In this document: piece after piece, positions 63,263-64,000 of the stretch
Position numbering within the stretch: the first letter of the stretch is position 1
Layout: each line of letters starts with the position of its first letter
Assembly: GCA_018509705.1 (NCBI GenBank)
Contig: GCA_018509705.1_3630.1
Length of the DNA stretch: 64,000 bases
Source: a phage
Strand: one strand, 5' to 3'
Made by a program: the position numbers and the translations under genes
The notes under the pieces: generated by a model
The model's input: the letters and a program-made list of their open reading frames with translations, nothing else
Told to the model about the DNA's origin: nothing
Databases searched by the model: none

Positions 63263-64000
63263 CTGTGATCTGGAACGGGACTCCCATCATTTTAGAAGCT
63301 TGCCAGAAGCAATGCACCACCATTTCACCCACAGGGCTCCAGATAAGTTCAAGCTTTCCGTCATCGTTCAGGATAGGATCGTACACCGTGTTTCCGTCTC
63401 TGTCAACCACTTCGTTTCCGTCCTCATCCTTGCGTGCCTTTTTGTACTTATGACCGTCGAACACATGAAGTTTGGCTTCCTGCTCTGCCTTAAATGCTTC
63501 CAGTTCTTCAATTGTGTCGAAGGTGTACACAGTCTTATACTTCGGTGTGTCAGGCACTTGAAGCTGATATTCGTCATGGTAATAGATAATACGACGGACA
63601 CCTTCATCGTACCACCCACGCTTCACCATTTGGTGGTGCATGAGTATCCCAACTAAGTCACACAGCGATGCACCACCATTTTGTTGGTATGCATTAAGTA
63701 AAGAGTGTTTAGATCGGGTCCAGATAGCATGACCATCAAAAGAGTAGATAAACTTCTTACCTGTTGCTTCCCAGAATTTCTCCAGATCCTCTTTGCGCCC
63801 CTTAAGACCGGGGTTGGCATCCCAAAGTGCATCGATCACCCTTTGCCCCAACTCTGGGGAGATATCCAGCATATCTGCAACTTTATCTTTTTGTGCCCCG
63901 TACATAACCCCATACGTGATAGGTTTACCGTCGTTACGAGACACCTCTCTGCCTGCTACTTTTGTATATGCCTCAGCATTGTTTTGGTGTGCGTCTCCGT
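63222..64000 (-). CDS. DNA polymerase I-like (family A) polymerase, C-terminal part; 5' end lies beyond window
   Basis: R.DGKPITYGVMYGA (motif B-like) and YYHDEYQL (motif C HDE); ORF is open to the window edge. Confidence 0.65.
   Translation of the reverse strand, partial: GDAHQNNAEAYTKVAGREVSRNDGKPITYGVMYGAQKDKVADMLDISPELGQRVIDALWDANPGLKGRKEDLEKFWEATGKKFIYSFDGHAIWTRSKHSLLNAYQQNGGASLCDLVGILMHHQMVKRGWYDEGVRRIIYYHDEYQLQVPDTPKYKTVYTFDTIEELEAFKAEQEAKLHVFDGHKYKKARKDEDGNEVVDRDGNTVYDPILNDDGKLELIWSPVGEMVVHCFWQASKMMGVPFQITGEYLCGRNWGDCH

Overview
This window reads as a gene-dense stretch of a virulent tailed-phage genome, probably from a Gram-negative (enterobacterial-type) host; no tRNA genes or CRISPR arrays were found. 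All calls rest on motifs read by eye from the translated ORFs and the raw sequence; no database search or folding program was run. Layout: a short non-coding leader (1-290), a rightward (+) block from about 1.7 to 41.5 kb, a 2.5-kb non-coding, repeat-rich junction (41.55-44.04 kb), then a leftward (-) block of mostly small genes up to a DNA polymerase I-like gene that is cut off at the window end. The + block carries a nucleotide-metabolism and replication module: class Ia ribonucleotide reductase (nrdA, nrdB, a glutaredoxin-like gene), anaerobic reductase nrdD with activase nrdG, a ThyX-like thymidylate synthase, a dNMP-kinase-like and a HAD phosphatase gene, an ATP-dependent DNA ligase, an RNA-ligase-like gene, a flap-endonuclease-like gene, endonuclease VII, a RuvC-like and a DnaQ-like exonuclease, two adenine methyltransferases, PhoH, a ClpP-like protease, a lambda R-type endolysin and several HNH endonucleases. 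It ends in a long tandem array of small paralogous ORFs. The most notable observations are: (1) nrdD appears split into three exons by two group I introns, one carrying an HNH homing endonuclease; (2) a Sir2-family protein without a zinc ribbon sits in an operon with the RNA-ligase-like and a MazG-like gene, and a macro-domain protein is encoded in the - block; (3) a kinase, metallophosphatase and RNA ligase trio resembles an RNA-repair set; (4) the 2.5-kb junction holds phased iterons and nested inverted repeats; (5) a 1-kb non-coding island (53.56-54.69 kb) has +-strand promoters and duplicated small-RNA-like elements; (6) a 44-bp palindrome-bearing element and a GC hairpin recur upstream of - strand genes. 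I could not single out one of these as the undescribed system; the Sir2/MazG operon and the two non-coding islands are my best candidates.
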